From positions 101,473-155,190 of the forward strand of contig RDEW01000074.1 in NCBI GenBank assembly GCA_011109175.1: DNA of 53,718 nt, read 5' to 3'. Shown here in pieces: positions 23,234-35,690 of this stretch. The notes beneath the pieces were generated by a model. The model saw only the letters and a list, made by a program, of their open reading frames with translations. It did not search any database and was not told the DNA's origin. This DNA is from Dicyema japonicum. Lineage: Eukaryota; Animalia; Dicyemida. The stretch's first letter is position 1, and each line of letters opens with the position of its first letter. The translations under genes and the position numbers were made by a program.

Positions 23234-24710
23234 CATGGGTGTCAAACTCATTTCGCTTCGAGGGCCGCATTTAAAATAATTTCTCATCAAGAGAAAATTA
23301 GTTCTGATATATTATTTTTAAAAAAATGTTTATTTATTATAATGAAAAATTAAAAAATAAGAAAAACTTAATTATTTAATCACCACCTTTAACTTAGGTG
23401 TGAGCTACTTGATATCTTTTTTGGATACAATTTTTGATATGTCGGGCACAGCTATTCCTATAGTTACGAGTTTAATTAAAGCGGATAAATTTTCACCTGT
23501 TAGTCTTGTTTTTTGAGCGGTTTTTGTCAATTTCATAAATGGAAAAACTTTCCAGGAAAATATGAAAAGAAAGCAGATATTCCAACCTTAAATATTTATC
23601 TCTAAATAGAATCTGATTGGTTTTCCAATAGTTGCCGGTGGTTGGGGAATGATTTCTGATATTACTGTTTTCTGACCTAACTAATCGTATTTTTTAAATC
23701 TTTGACCACAATTTTTGCTCATGAATATTACAACGAAGGTGACAAATGATGACCAGGGATTTAACTTTTCTATTTCAGCTCGCAATTTGGCAGCAACACC
23801 AGCATGTCGTCCAACCATATAAGCACAAACATGCAAGCTTCTTCAAATCAAACCCATAGTCAAATATAATTTGTAGTAGTTTTACAAAATATCTTTACTT
23901 GTGGTATTATCCTACATCGGTACCAGTTCGAGAAATTCTTCATAAATATTAAATTCTGAATCACAGACTCTAACAAATATTGCTAATTTTGCAATTACAA
24001 CAACGTCTACTGTTTCATTGATCGGAATTGAAAAATACCCAAATCATTACAATTCATACTTTAATTGGTGTTTCAAACACATTTCGTTAATGTGTTCGGC
24101 AACAGTGATTCTGGTTAATGAAATATCTTTAAACAAGTGGGCGTTGTCTGACAAATTATTTTTGCTGTTTTTACATGACAATGCGTGATGAAATCACCAT
24201 CGCAATATGATTTTCATTCATTGCAAGTGCTTGCAGTAACATATGCAGTACTTAGATTATGATTTTTTTGAAATGAGTCTGTAACGTAGTTAATTTTTTT
24301 CGCAATTCATTTAGCTTTAAAACATGCATTGGACTTCTTGGTTAATAAGCAATAATTGTATGGTCGATGATTAGATTGGTAGTGCATTTTAGGTTGTATT
24401 CTTTCGGTGTAGCGATAAACTGGTTACATATCAAGCAATGTATTTTTCCATCAACCGTTGTACAAAAATAAAGTTCCCATTTATCTTGAATCATTCTCCG
24501 TTCATCGTTCAAACACCGTTCTTAGTTCCAGAAGAAGCACGTGACATTGGCGAACAAGATTTACAAATACTATTAAAAATTAATTAAATGTAAAAAATAA
24601 CAAAATGATTTTTGTGTTTATAGCATTAAATCGGGCCGCACTTATGCTTGTCAAGGTACTCCTGAATACCGCAGCTATACCTTTCGAGGGCCGCATGTTT
24701 GACACCCCTG
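23234..24710 (-). mobile_element. Non-autonomous hAT (SPIN/GTF2IRD2-like) DNA transposon with both TIRs
   Basis: TIRs CATGGGTGTCAAAC (23234) and GTTTGACACCCCTG (ends 24710), 13/14 match. The 8-bp flanks TTGTAAGG and ATATAAGG match at 6/8. Transposase remnant KWELYFC..GKIHCLICNQFIATPKEYNL on the minus strand. Confidence 0.88.
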
Positions 24711-24729
24711 ATATAAGGAGTCTTCATCT

Positions 24730-25040
24730 TCTACTATGATAGTATAGAATTCGCCACACCAGAAAGTTGCGGACTCATAAGGTGCAATCTGTAGTAGAGA
24801 ACGCCAGAGTCCAAATCAATGTAGACAGTATTATCAGTACCTCGGTGCTAGTCAAGCACAATAAACCGGACATTGTGGTACACGATAAGAAATCTGGCCG
24901 AGTCCTTAGTATAGAGTATAGGAGATAGACCCGGAGATGCCATATAGCGGAGATTTTTTTAATAAAGGTAATTCTATTAAAAAATCTTGGAGACGGGTGA
25001 GTTACTATGGAAACAGACACAAATAAGGCCAATACTAAAA
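24730..25040 (+). mobile_element. R4/Dong-like RLE fragment
   Basis: RKLRTHKVQSVVEN..INVDSII..VKHNKPDIVVHDKK. Confidence 0.75.
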
Positions 25041-25059
25041 CCTATGACATAGAGATGAC

Positions 25060-26230
25060 CAGCGTCTTTAAGCCCGGTGTCAATACTATGTTGCATGACA
25101 AAAATACTGGAGAGGCTTGTGCTAGGGAGAATCAAAGAATTTTTACCAGAGAGGCCTTTTCAACACGGATTCAAAAATAAGAGATTCAAATCTACACACA
25201 AACATTGTCCGACTTCATTCGAGTCGGATTTGAAAAAAAGCGAGAAACTTAAAAACAGTTTTCTGCTCGATCGAGATACACAAAGCGTTTGAATAAATCT
25301 CGAGAAGATACCATCGAGAAAAGTATTTCAATCGGAGATCCAGGGAAGGTCAAGCTTTGGATCATCAATTTCAATAGTAGACGGAAGGGGCATGTATGCC
25401 TCGGAGCACTGAAATTTATCTCACCTCCTCCTCAACTAAGTCCCTCAAGGATCTTGTTTATTCCCTGCTTTGTTTAACCTTTTTATGGCTAATCTCCCGA
25501 CTGTGGAATCTGATAATGATGATCTACTCTCTTATATGGATGATATTGTGTTGGCTTCGCAAGATTTTGACATCCAGAAGGTCACAGAAAGAATACAAAT
25601 TAACCTGGACCGGCTTAACACCTGGATAATAGAGAACCGGCTCATAGTGAATGCAAAGAAGTCGACCACTTCCCTTTTTTATTTCTGACAAAAGTTTGTG
25701 AAAGAAGAAAGTCACTTTGAAGTTAAACAAGTCGACTTCCTTTCAACAGATGTCAAAGGCTCTTAAGTGTGACACTTGATATGCATCTTTGTTTGTCACC
25801 ACACGTAGAAAATATTCATGTGAAATGAGAAAACCGACCGTACTAAATAGTTCATCGGCAACATGGAAGATTGGTGCTCACCCGTCCTCTAAATACAGCA
25901 CACCAAGCCATGTTTCTTATATGCATGCGTCTCGTAGAGACCGTCCATATCTTGGACAAATATGAGGAAGATTGAGGAAGGCAAAGATGGCTTTCAGAGT
26001 AACGGAGCGATGGATTTGTAGAGATCATCGAACCTGACTAACGCCTCTTGAGACCCTTATGAAACTAGACTCCAGAATGCAGGAATGTGGCCTCGTAAAT
26101 TCATCAGTCGTCTTGCACGAGCACGAGAGAGGAACTCCAGTCAAAGATAAAGTCAGGATCACGTGACGCATCAGGATCACGTGATAATTAGTTTGGTTTT
26201 ACAATGGTCTTGTTGAATAAATAAAAATAA
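25060..26230 (+). mobile_element. Jockey/I-like LINE, RT to 3' end, decayed
   Basis: MTKILERLV..QHGF, LFNLFMANLP..SYMDDIVL..LDRLNTW..VNAKKS; terminus GATCACGTGATAATTAGTTTGG. Confidence 0.85.
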
Positions 26231-26289
26231 CAACTATTCCATGTTTTTGTTGGTTTTTTAGCATCAAGGAATCGAGATGTCCTGGCAGC

Positions 26290-26800
26290 CATAGAGACAG
26301 TACAACATTACTTGAACTGTTTGTCTGTGTGGCTGAACGATAACCAACTGACAATCAGCCTTTAGAAATCCATTACATCTCATTAACCGGACAAGAAAAT
26401 GTTAAAAAATCAATTGAAATTCAAGAGATGGGAAAACATTGCCATTTAAGAAATGGCAAAAAAATCTGGGAGTGAGCTACGTATATGTGTTTCTGCGGCA
26501 TTTTGGAAATGTGCTACATTGAGCCATTCATTCCCCTCAATGTGTCTCTTGGGGACCTTACATCTCTTGGAATAATTCTTAGAAAATCGTCACTACACAA
26601 AAAGGCCTTTAGGGAAAGAAGTGGTCTACGGACAAAAAGAACATGATGCCTACACCCTTAGAGATTCTATCTGAGGGAATAACGAAAGGCCTGATCCAAA
26701 GTGATCAGGAGACAACCTGACACCAATGAGCCTTTTTAGAATCAAAGGAACGGCATCGATGCGACCTGAGAGTCTGGATTAAATTTGTCGTGATCACATA
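26290..26800 (+). mobile_element. Jockey/I-like thumb-region fragment
   Basis: WLNDNQLTIS..GKTLPFKKWQK.LG parallels 33111-34058. Confidence 0.55.
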
Positions 26801-27117
26801 GTTTGTTTTTTCAGTTTAACGGTGGTCTTTGAATGCGAAAGTCTATTTATTAGTTTTTTCCCTGCAATCTGTCACATTTATTTTGAAGCGATGAAATTAA
26901 AAAAATCCGTTCAATTAACGTGAGGGGTGAAGAAATGGTTGTGGGAGAATATGAAGCCAGCATGTAAATTCCTGATTACAGTGATGAGAACGTCTGTCAT
27001 TGATATCTAGCCACTGGTTAGCCATTTCTTCCGTCACTTGAAAGAACCGGGGTAAATAGATAACGATACTATGGCAGTTGGTCCTCATATCAGAATGTTG
27101 GTGAAGATAGTCTACAA

Positions 27118-28420
27118 CAGTGGTTCCCAACCTTAAGGTGCTCGCGGAACCCTTCCAATTCAATTATTACAATTTTCACTTAAAACATAATAGTAATAAC
27201 AAAAACAACTGTAATGTGAATATTGAGGTAATTTTTTATCATCATCGTTGTGTAACGTCAGTAGTTATTGTTGACAACTGAATCCTCATATCAACGAAGC
27301 ATTAAGTTTATTTCTATATTTTGTTTGGTAGATATATATATTGAAAACCCCGACTCGCATAAGTAAGTCGTTGGAAAAGGTAATAGTTTACTTATAGCCT
27401 TCTCTGAGATATCTGGATATTTTGACATGTGTGCTCTCCGAAAATTAAAAAGGGATTCATTTTTATATATCTGATTTGACGTTGATTCTGATGTCAAATC
27501 AAAAAGATGTTCATATTCAATTGATGTTAGATTTGCTGGTATTACTTAACTTTGAATGGAGTTGAACCAACTCGTCATCAAATGCCATTTTGATTCATCG
27601 AGATACTCTTGCAAAACGGCAAAGCATGCAATATTATTTTTATCTACGGATGATCGGCAAAATAAAACTGCCAGTCCTTCAACATCACTAGACTCATCAA
27701 TTTGAATGGCAAAACCATTAGAATTACTCAAACGAATTAGTAACTGCGTTTTAATATTTTCCGATAGTTCCTGAATTCGCCTTGAAATAGTATTATTTGA
27801 CAAAAAAACGAGATCCATTTTATTAGACAGTTCGCCACAAATCCACTCGATGATTTTTTTGAACATGGATTTTCGACAAGTATATGCGCCTCCACAACAT
27901 GCTACAAGATAACTCACCTGTTTATTTAAAATAATTATATACTTCTTTAGATGCTCTGGTCGATTTTAAGTTGTAGTCTTTCGCAAAATTGGAATTTCAA
28001 CTTGCCATTGTAGATGCATTTAATTTGTTTTGAAAAAGGAAATTTCTTTATCCTTTAAATGAAGGATGCTTCATGTCTTGATAGTTGACAGGAACAAGAG
28101 ATGTGTTAGGTATTATATGATGGCATGTTACACATTCTGCCGTATGTGGTAAATCAGATCCATTCTGAGAAAACCATATGAGAGGTAGCTTTCATCATAT
28201 TTTCTTTTCTAAAATTATAATTACAAAAAACCTTTTGATATTTTTTGGAATCTCTTATGCAATTATTGTTTCTCATTAAAAATTTTATAAAATTGACTAA
28301 CTAACCAAAAGAGAACAAGATATAGCGTGGATGTTTAATATATTTTAAAAATTAAAAACTATTATTAAATAAATATAATAAATTTCGCGGAACCCTAAAA
28401 CTGGCTGCATGGAACCCGGT
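27118..28420 (-). mobile_element. hAT Buster/Charlie (ZBED5-like) transposon remnant
   Basis: LSNNTISRRIQELSENIKTQL..FAIQIDESSD and dimerisation motif YPDISEKAISKLLPFPTTYLCESGFS. Terminal CAGTGGTTCCCAACC at 27118; subterminal CGCGGAACCCT at both ends. Confidence 0.88.
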
Positions 28421-28863
28421 TCCATCCTTCTACACTATCCTTCAAGATATGAGTTTCGTACATGTGATAGCTACTCATCGTTATATTCTTTCGAGATGAT
28501 TAGTTTCTTTTGAATTTCATAGTTGGAATTCTCAATTTTTGTCAGTGTCTAGGTACATGATGTTTTTGAGAGATTCTGATGACGGGAGAATGATTTGGTA
28601 CTCATTAGGTAACTCATCTAATCCACACTTGTCATTTGTCTCTTGAAGCATTCAATATCGGCACTGTAGTTTTCAGGTCCTCAACTGTAAAATCCTCTGA
28701 TAGCCTTATATGTTATTAAAACTTCATGCACGTCACTAACACAAGCCAAAATGTTTTTTTTAATTTTGCGAAAAATGTAGACCAACTGTTTATCAATCTG
28801 TGTTTGTTTCTCCCATCACAAAATCGTCGCTTAGTAATAATAACGAATAAATTAACTAATTAA

Positions 28864-29430
28864 TTAATTAAGCGTATTTTGATCCAGATTGTTGGTAATC
28901 CCTCTTCTTTTCTTAGAAGAAGAGTGTGCCATAACCTCCCTGTTACTCCGCATCTCCACATCAGATTCAGTCAAAATATCTCCGTTTGAGTCCAGTGCTG
29001 TCTTCACGGCATGCCAGTTCACAAGTTGGGAGGTAGCAGAGGCGTACTCTTCATCGTATACTTTCTTCCCATGCTTATGTTTAATGAGCACACTTTCGAG
29101 CGTTCTCTTCAGTACAACCGATTGGATGTAAGTCCTCGTTGATTCTTCAATAGATAATTTATCCATATGATTCTTGAAGCATCTTGAAAACAACTCCATC
29201 CCATGTCAAAACCACTGGAATAATCTTCACTTGGCATTCATAGAACAGCGAAAGTTCATTTGCTAGCAAGTCATATTTGTGAAGTTTCTCAACTTCAACT
29301 TGCTTTAGTCGGTCTTGTGAGGTAATCCCCACTTCAATTAACTTCCTTCTTTATTTTGTCATACACGAAAATATCAGGTTTATTTACGATCAACAGAGCC
29401 ATCTTCGAGTTTCCTGTACTTATTAATCCA
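28864..29430 (-). mobile_element. R4/Dong-like RLE retrotransposon 3' end (best-preserved copy in the window)
   Basis: NKPDIFVYDK..IEVGITSQDRLKQVEVEKLHKYDLLANEL..CQVKIIPVVLTWDGVV..YIQSVVLKRTLES, with about two frameshifts. Confidence 0.88.
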
Positions 29431-29499
29431 TCGGGAGTTCCTTCCCTAACAATTTTCTATGGGCAATGTCGCAAGTCGTTTAGCAAACTATTCAGCTTT

Positions 29500-30060
29500 T
29501 GGTCATGCGCACTGAACGCCAAATATTCAGCATTTTTGTCGACCTCATTGAATCCAAATTTATTATTTTATTTCCAAAACAAAAAATGTTTAGCCAGAAA
29601 AAAATTACTAAGTAATCCCAAACCATTAATGGGCCCTAGAATTGAATGTATAGCATCGACTGCGATGGAAAGATGCTCGAATTATCGAGGGCTTTTTAGT
29701 GGGCTAAGATAAAACTCAGAATCGCTTGAGAAAAGCTTAGGATACATGTTGACAACTCCGAATGTTTCCATGCCGAAAAAAACAAACGTCACATCACTAG
29801 AGGTCAACGTACTCCCGAAGCTTAATGTTTCAGTCTTCCAGAGATTGAACGTAATCGAACGAAATAAAGACATATTCATGTTTGGAATGAAATCAAAATT
29901 CAATGATCATAGCAATATTCTTAACTAAGGTTCTAAAGTACTCGCAATTAAGGCTCAAATTACAAAAATAGTCGAAAGCTATTTTGTTCATTGTTTATGC
30001 TGTAATTATGGAGACGCCCAAAGCCGAAGAATGCCGATAAGAGCATTATGTAAAGAAAAC
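29500..30060 (+). mobile_element. Possible ZMYM1-type hAT transposase remnant
   Basis: AQIT..KAI.VHC-like segment; heavily decayed. Confidence 0.35.
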
Positions 30061-30256
30061 ATTCGAATTTACTTAAAAAAAGGTTAGGGAGTAACGTACT
30101 TCTATTGCACGAAATGTCTACTTTGCATTATATAGAATTTCATAATCTATTTTATCTTTAATAAAAAATTATTTTTGTTAAAAATATTATTCTTAAAAAT
30201 ATCTTTAATCAATTTTTAATTAAATGATTCTAAATTATTGATAAAAATAAAGGCTA

Positions 30257-30513
30257 AAGGTTCCGAGAATCTATGATGCATCGGGAATGACGAGTGATGC
30301 TGTCATCAGTAAATGCTTCACTGTGGAACCGGATCGTATAAGTAGGACTCACACGAAAGAAATAAAGAAGTTAAATGACATTCCTTGGTTCATCCTCTTT
30401 TTCGGCGATTATTTATCATAACTGTTATTCACTTAAATAAAGTGTGTCCAGCCTATGCGGAGCTATAAATAATATGGCTCTTGTGAAAAGGATTTTATTA
30501 TTATTATTATTAT
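30257..30513 (+). mobile_element. 5'-truncated copy of the SINE at 16163-16481
   Basis: AAGGTTCC..TGACGAGTGA..GTCATCAGT..CACTGTGGAAC..CATTCCTTGGTTC..ACTTAAATAAAGTGTGT..GCCTATGCGGAGCTATA..TATGGCTC, then (TTA)n. Confidence 0.78.
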
Positions 30514-31140
30514 ATTGATAAAAATAATAAATAACCTAATTTAACATCTTTTGAAACTCACCATGTGGATGATTGACCCAAAGGTTAAGTTAGTGACGTA
30601 TATTGCTCTCTATTGCAATTAATGTCTGCTTAGCTTTTTAGTTATTTAAGTAACCCCGGTATCACCAACTTGTAGAAGGCAAGCAGCTATTAAATAGGAC
30701 GAAGCAAATGCCGGTCATTCCCATAGATCAGTCAGTTCCGGAATTGTAGACAAACGTCGTGCTAATTTATGCTATTTAAATTGGTGATTTGTTGTCAACA
30801 CGTAGAGGCTGCAAAAAGGACAGAGGACATTGTACGTCGGTAGAGAGGGATGGTGCCCACATCGTTGACGTGCCAGGTTTACCCGGACGTCCCTCGGAAA
30901 GAGAATTCTGATTGGACTTTTGCTTAGTTTCTTGGTGGATAAACCCCTCTTCTTTTTTTTCGTTAGTATGGACGAGGTGACATCGGAAATCTGATGTTAT
31001 GAACGAAGGAACTGTCTTATGCACGTATGATCTGGATTCAAATCCCGGCCAGCAAGAAATTTAAAAATCTTGGACGACCTGTCATAAGCTGCATATAAGG
31101 AATGGTAGATAAAATTCGCATTCCACGTCTATGGTTAGAC

Positions 31141-31175
31141 CAGTGTTTCCCAACCTGGGTTCCGCGGAACCCTTT
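31141..31175. mobile_element. Isolated hAT (Buster-type) terminal inverted repeat
   Basis: CAGTGTTTCCCAACCTGGGTTCCGCGGAACCC, related to the terminus at 27118. Confidence 0.65.
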
Positions 31176-31700
31176 AGACATATCCATCTCTAATAGAAAA
31201 AAAGTTCGAGATTTGCTTCTACTGGACCACAAAAACGTGATAGTTGAAATTTTCTGGAAACAACCTCTGGGTGCAGTGTTAAGAACGGTCGTTAGCTATC
31301 TAGCCGTAAACCAAGCAGGGTTAACAATTTTTTACTTCAACAAAAACTTATTGAATAATTCCAATACCCAGATGATCCATCTGATGAATCCTTATGGTTC
31401 CAGTTCGCATCTTGCTGCTGTACATCCAGCTGAAGGTTTTAGCATCTATGATGCTTAGGGTTTGACGGGTGACGCCCTCATCAATGAATGACTCGAATGA
31501 AAGGGTCAACAATCTCAATACCACCTATTAACAGGATTTGAACGGCAGTGGAAATTTTTCCACTGATTTGAGTCTTGAAATAAACACGTCGTCTACCTCA
31601 GATATATTTTCTTAGCTGTGTGCTTTGTGAGATCAAAATACATTTTTTAAATATACATGCACAACGTTCAATATAAAAGAACACCTAGGTTGGCGAATTA

Positions 31701-32156
31701 ATGTTAGCTTTACTGATAACATTGGTTTCGTTAGTAATCAACAGATATTTATACAGGAGCACATCACTGACTCCAGAACAAATAATAAAGGGTAATTTAA
31801 TAATAGTTGATTTAATAGACGAAGAATGTAAAAGAAGAAGTATTTCGATTTTTATGGAATATATCGCATGGATGGAAAGTTACAAACGTCTAGAAAGTGA
31901 AGTTACTGGTATCCGAAATGGAACCAGAAATGATTGTAATGAGGAATATAATTCTATAATGGAATATGTGATATTTGGACATCTTCGCGAACTTGATAAA
32001 TTATATGAAAAGATTAAGCCAAAGAATTATTGCCAGCAAATTCCCTTTATGAGAGAAGCAAATTCAATATTTTCAAATTTCGCTAGTAGGATAAATGAAA
32101 GATTAGGACTGTACAAGCTGTGTGCGGAGACTGCATTGTCTAATCGTGAGAATTAG
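31701..32156 (+). CDS. Orphan 151-aa ORF with N-terminal hydrophobic segment (signal peptide or anchor)
   Basis: Intact ATG-to-TAG, intronless; MLALLITLVSLVIN start; no transposon motif recognised; longest unexplained ORF in an otherwise stop-rich window. Confidence 0.5.
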   Translation: MLALLITLVSLVINRYLYRSTSLTPEQIIKGNLIIVDLIDEECKRRSISIFMEYIAWMESYKRLESEVTGIRNGTRNDCNEEYNSIMEYVIFGHLRELDKLYEKIKPKNYCQQIPFMREANSIFSNFASRINERLGLYKLCAETALSNREN

Positions 32157-33064
32157 TTAACTGTGGATAATTTTACTTTCTCGGTTAAATTCGTTATCAA
32201 TAAATTTTCTTTATTCAATAAAATATCAGGATTAAAATAATTAGAGTAGCTCTACCAACAAATCAGGCTACAGCTGGCCGAAATGAAATACTCATCCCTT
32301 CGAGAACCTTCTGTTTCGTCTCAATTGCCTTCGATATTTCTGGAGTGAGTGGAAGACTGGATAAACGAGTTTTAATGAAATTGGTAATGCGATTGAGACG
32401 ACGTGTAGAAATTTCACAGTGCCTGGGATTTGGCATAATTTGTGGTCATACCCAGTGTCTTTTGGGAGCTGAAACCTGATTTGTTGCTAATTTTTGTTTG
32501 AACCAGTAGTATAGGCCAATATAAAGTATCATGGCCAATTTAACAAAACGGATGTTAATTGTTAAATTAATCCAAAATTTTAGTTTCATCAGGTATACTT
32601 ACAGATTATAGACTTTTATTCCTTATTAAGTGCTTGATTGTTTTTGGTGACGTATCAGTATTGCATACAATAACTTTATCTCCTTAAGATGGATGTGGCT
32701 TACTTCTCGTGGAGTCAACAATATGATTCACTCTGGTTACTCTGCTTGGAGTTCGAAGCTGTTCTTTTCTGTTTATCAACTTTTTTTCATGAATTATGGT
32801 TTTCAGCAATTCAAAAATTGGATTTTTAGGATTTTTAGAATTCCATGATTTTTTCAGGAAAAAAAATATATGATATTATAATCTGATATGAGAATTATAA
32901 TATGTCCCGGGCACTACCGATTACCAAGGTGCGCGTACCCGAGTGGACTTAGAAAAAATCGGGTAGCGCTCAGTAATTGGAAGTGCCGGATAAAATATTT
33001 CACGGTTCGTTAGGTTCTATGCATTGGTCGTCCCGGACTGTAACTAAAGTACTAAAATTGAAAT

Positions 33065-34190
33065 TAAATTAAAATATTCCAAAGACTACTGTTAATCCGT
33101 AAAAACTAAACTAAGTGATTCCGACGAATTGGATCAAGGCTCTCATCTTTGCTTGATGCTGATCCTTTGAGCCTACACAATTTCGTTGCGGACGAGCACT
33201 TCCTTTTTGGCATTGGTGTCCATTTTTGTTTTTTTCGATTAGCTTCTCCATGGGCGTCGGTGATTTAATGTTTTCCCCTATATACCATCTCTCGGTTAGT
33301 TTGAAGGCCCTTTTCTGGGTTGCGGAGATTTTCTGGATGTTCGTATAAGAGGCCAGTGGTCCCCATGAAGTACATGCATATGAAATGCATTCGATGTACT
33401 GTGAGTAGAGAGCTTTAAGCATAGGGTGATATCCAATTTTCCATAGACCTGTTAGGCAGTTCAGAAGGTTGATTTTCTTCTCACATTTGTTCAGCACGTT
33501 AGTGACGTGTCTCGTAAAGTTCATGTGCGTATCGAAAGTCAGACCCAATATTTTTTGCCATTTGCTGAACGGCAATGCTCTTCCCTCCGCAGTAACTTCT
33601 ATTGTCCTGTTCGACAATCTTTTGTCCGAGGTATAGAGAGTTGTAACAGATTTTTCGATATTGATTGACATCGGATTTTCATTAAACCACTCGAGTAGTC
33701 GATCCATGTGGTGTTGTATTCTTTCCGTCGCTGTTTGGGTGTTCTGATCCCGTGAGGCTGAGACGATATCGTCTGCATAAGCCAGAAGCAGATCGTCTTC
33801 TCCATTCGACGTCGGAATGTCAGCTGTAACTAGGTTGAATAGGAATGGTGATAGCGGCGAACCCTGGGGTACTCCATTTAGAGAATAAACGGGAGACAGA
33901 ATGAATATTTCCAATGACACTTTACCTCTCCGTCGGCTAAGGAAGTTTGTTAGCCAGCGTTTGAGATTTTCAGGGATATCTGATTGGTAGATTTTCCATG
34001 TTAGATTCTTCCTCGGCACAGAGTCGAAAGCTTTGTGGACGTCTAGCGACCATAACACAGTTTTCTGGTGTCTTGGCTTGTACAGAAATCCAGAGCGAAT
34101 AAAGTTAGTCAGGGATGTGAGGAAGCTTGTTGTGTACCGATCCTTTTTAAACCCATTCTGGAACGGTTTATCGGAAGTCTATGGTATCTC
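33065..34190 (-). mobile_element. Jockey/I-like LINE, RT domain to 3' end (315-aa open frame at 33111-34058)
   Basis: LDVHKAFDSV, PQGSPLSPFLFN, AYADD, ILGLTFD, SYACTSW; ends VGIT* followed by TTAGTTTAG. Confidence 0.92.
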
Positions 34191-34959
34191 ATCAGTAAAA
34201 AATATTAATTATTTATTAACATTTATTATTTTTATGAAATTTAATAATTTTGTTTTTAAATAGATTATAGCGTGCACGAATGATGACTGCTGTGTTGAAC
34301 TATCAAAGAAAAAGAAATAATAAAAAATATCAGATCTACGGATATTTTACCGAAGATCTAGGTCGATCAACAAGATTAAGATATCGTCTAATCGCTAAAC
34401 CGTTAATATTTGAGATGGATAAAGTTTTTCTATGGTTGGTCTAATTCGTTTACTGTTTAACAAAATACTTCAAGGTTGCGTTTTTTATCGGATGAGGTAT
34501 AACTGAAAAATAAACTATTCTGGTATACGTTGGGCTTTCTTAATATTAGGCGGAGGATAACTTGACTCATTTTTGCAGTAATAGGCTATTTAGTCTATTG
34601 CGTTGCAAGTTTTGGAAGTCAAATTAGATGTTGGAGACAAAACTGTCGCTCACCCTAATAGAGAAAACCACGGGACACATATCTCGCCGATTTAATTGAT
34701 TTAATGCACTATTCGGAAAAGAAACAGTGGTTCTTCCACCCATAGGAAGATGGCGTTAAATGAAGTGGACAGAATGTTGTATCAAATAGTTAATGACATG
34801 GAGATTTCTTTGAAATAAAAGACGGCGGAGGAAATTTATCAAATAAACATTTATATCAGTTAAAAAATTATGAAATTTTATTATTAAAAAATTATAGTTA
34901 AGAAAGGGTTAGGATAGACTTAGGAATGTGTCATAGAGTGAAAATTCCCTATTTATTAT

Positions 34960-35690
34960 TATTTAAAGACAATTATTTTACAAAGAAACAAATGTTAGTT
35001 GAGGAAGCCGGCTGCGTTGATCGCGAACGAGTTCCTTCGGAGTATGTCATTCCAATTTTTTCTCTCAGCCAGAACCCTTTCTCGTTGATCCCTTTTCTTT
35101 CTGCCAATCATTCCTCAGAGTTCGCGCAAGAACTCAGCCGTCATTGGACCAACGACTCCTGATGACTCGACCGCAACAGGAGTAAATCGGTACCGGTCCC
35201 CGAGGCAAGAATATTCCTTGATTTTTAGGGTTTCCACGGTTGAAGCAGCTGCTCCAGGTGTCTGAAATGATTTGAAAAGGTTCGTTCTTGAAAATATGTC
35301 AACACAAGTTGCGTCTCAGAGTAAAGATCTTCCGGATGTGTAAGGGAAAAGGGTCATCCCGTCAGGTTTCTTTCCATCTCTCGATCGAGACCCACTGGTT
35401 CAAACTGTGATGGGAAGCCTGTAGTTTTCAGAGCTTGACGATCACGTAGTTCAGAGCATCGTGACGTGCTCCTCTTCCGACGCTTCTTCTGCAGGACAGC
35501 GGGTGCAATCTCTTCGCATTTTTCCCGCATCGGCATCGGTGCTCCTGGCAAACGTCTAGTCCTAACCTTTGTCCGAATCCAATCCTTAAAAATTCGTCGT
35601 CCAAAAGAGTCCCTAAATTTGGCAAGGTATTGCACCATGCCATGCTCCACTCCCTCCACTTGAAGCTGACACCAAACAAGCCAGATAATG
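34960..35690 (-). mobile_element. CRE 3' fragment (CCHC + RLE), same family as 52465-53050
   Basis: CRCGK..HPLSCRRSVGRGARHDALN, PVGLDR..PDGMTLFP..WDATCVD. Confidence 0.88.

Noticed and set aside
31546-31565. 20-nt palindrome CAGTGGAAATTTTTCCACTG
   Set aside because: Single, short and partly homopolymeric; no associated element.
32270-32830. Possible minus-strand gene with a 21-nt intron
   Set aside because: The spliced frame hits a stop soon after and has no recognisable homology.
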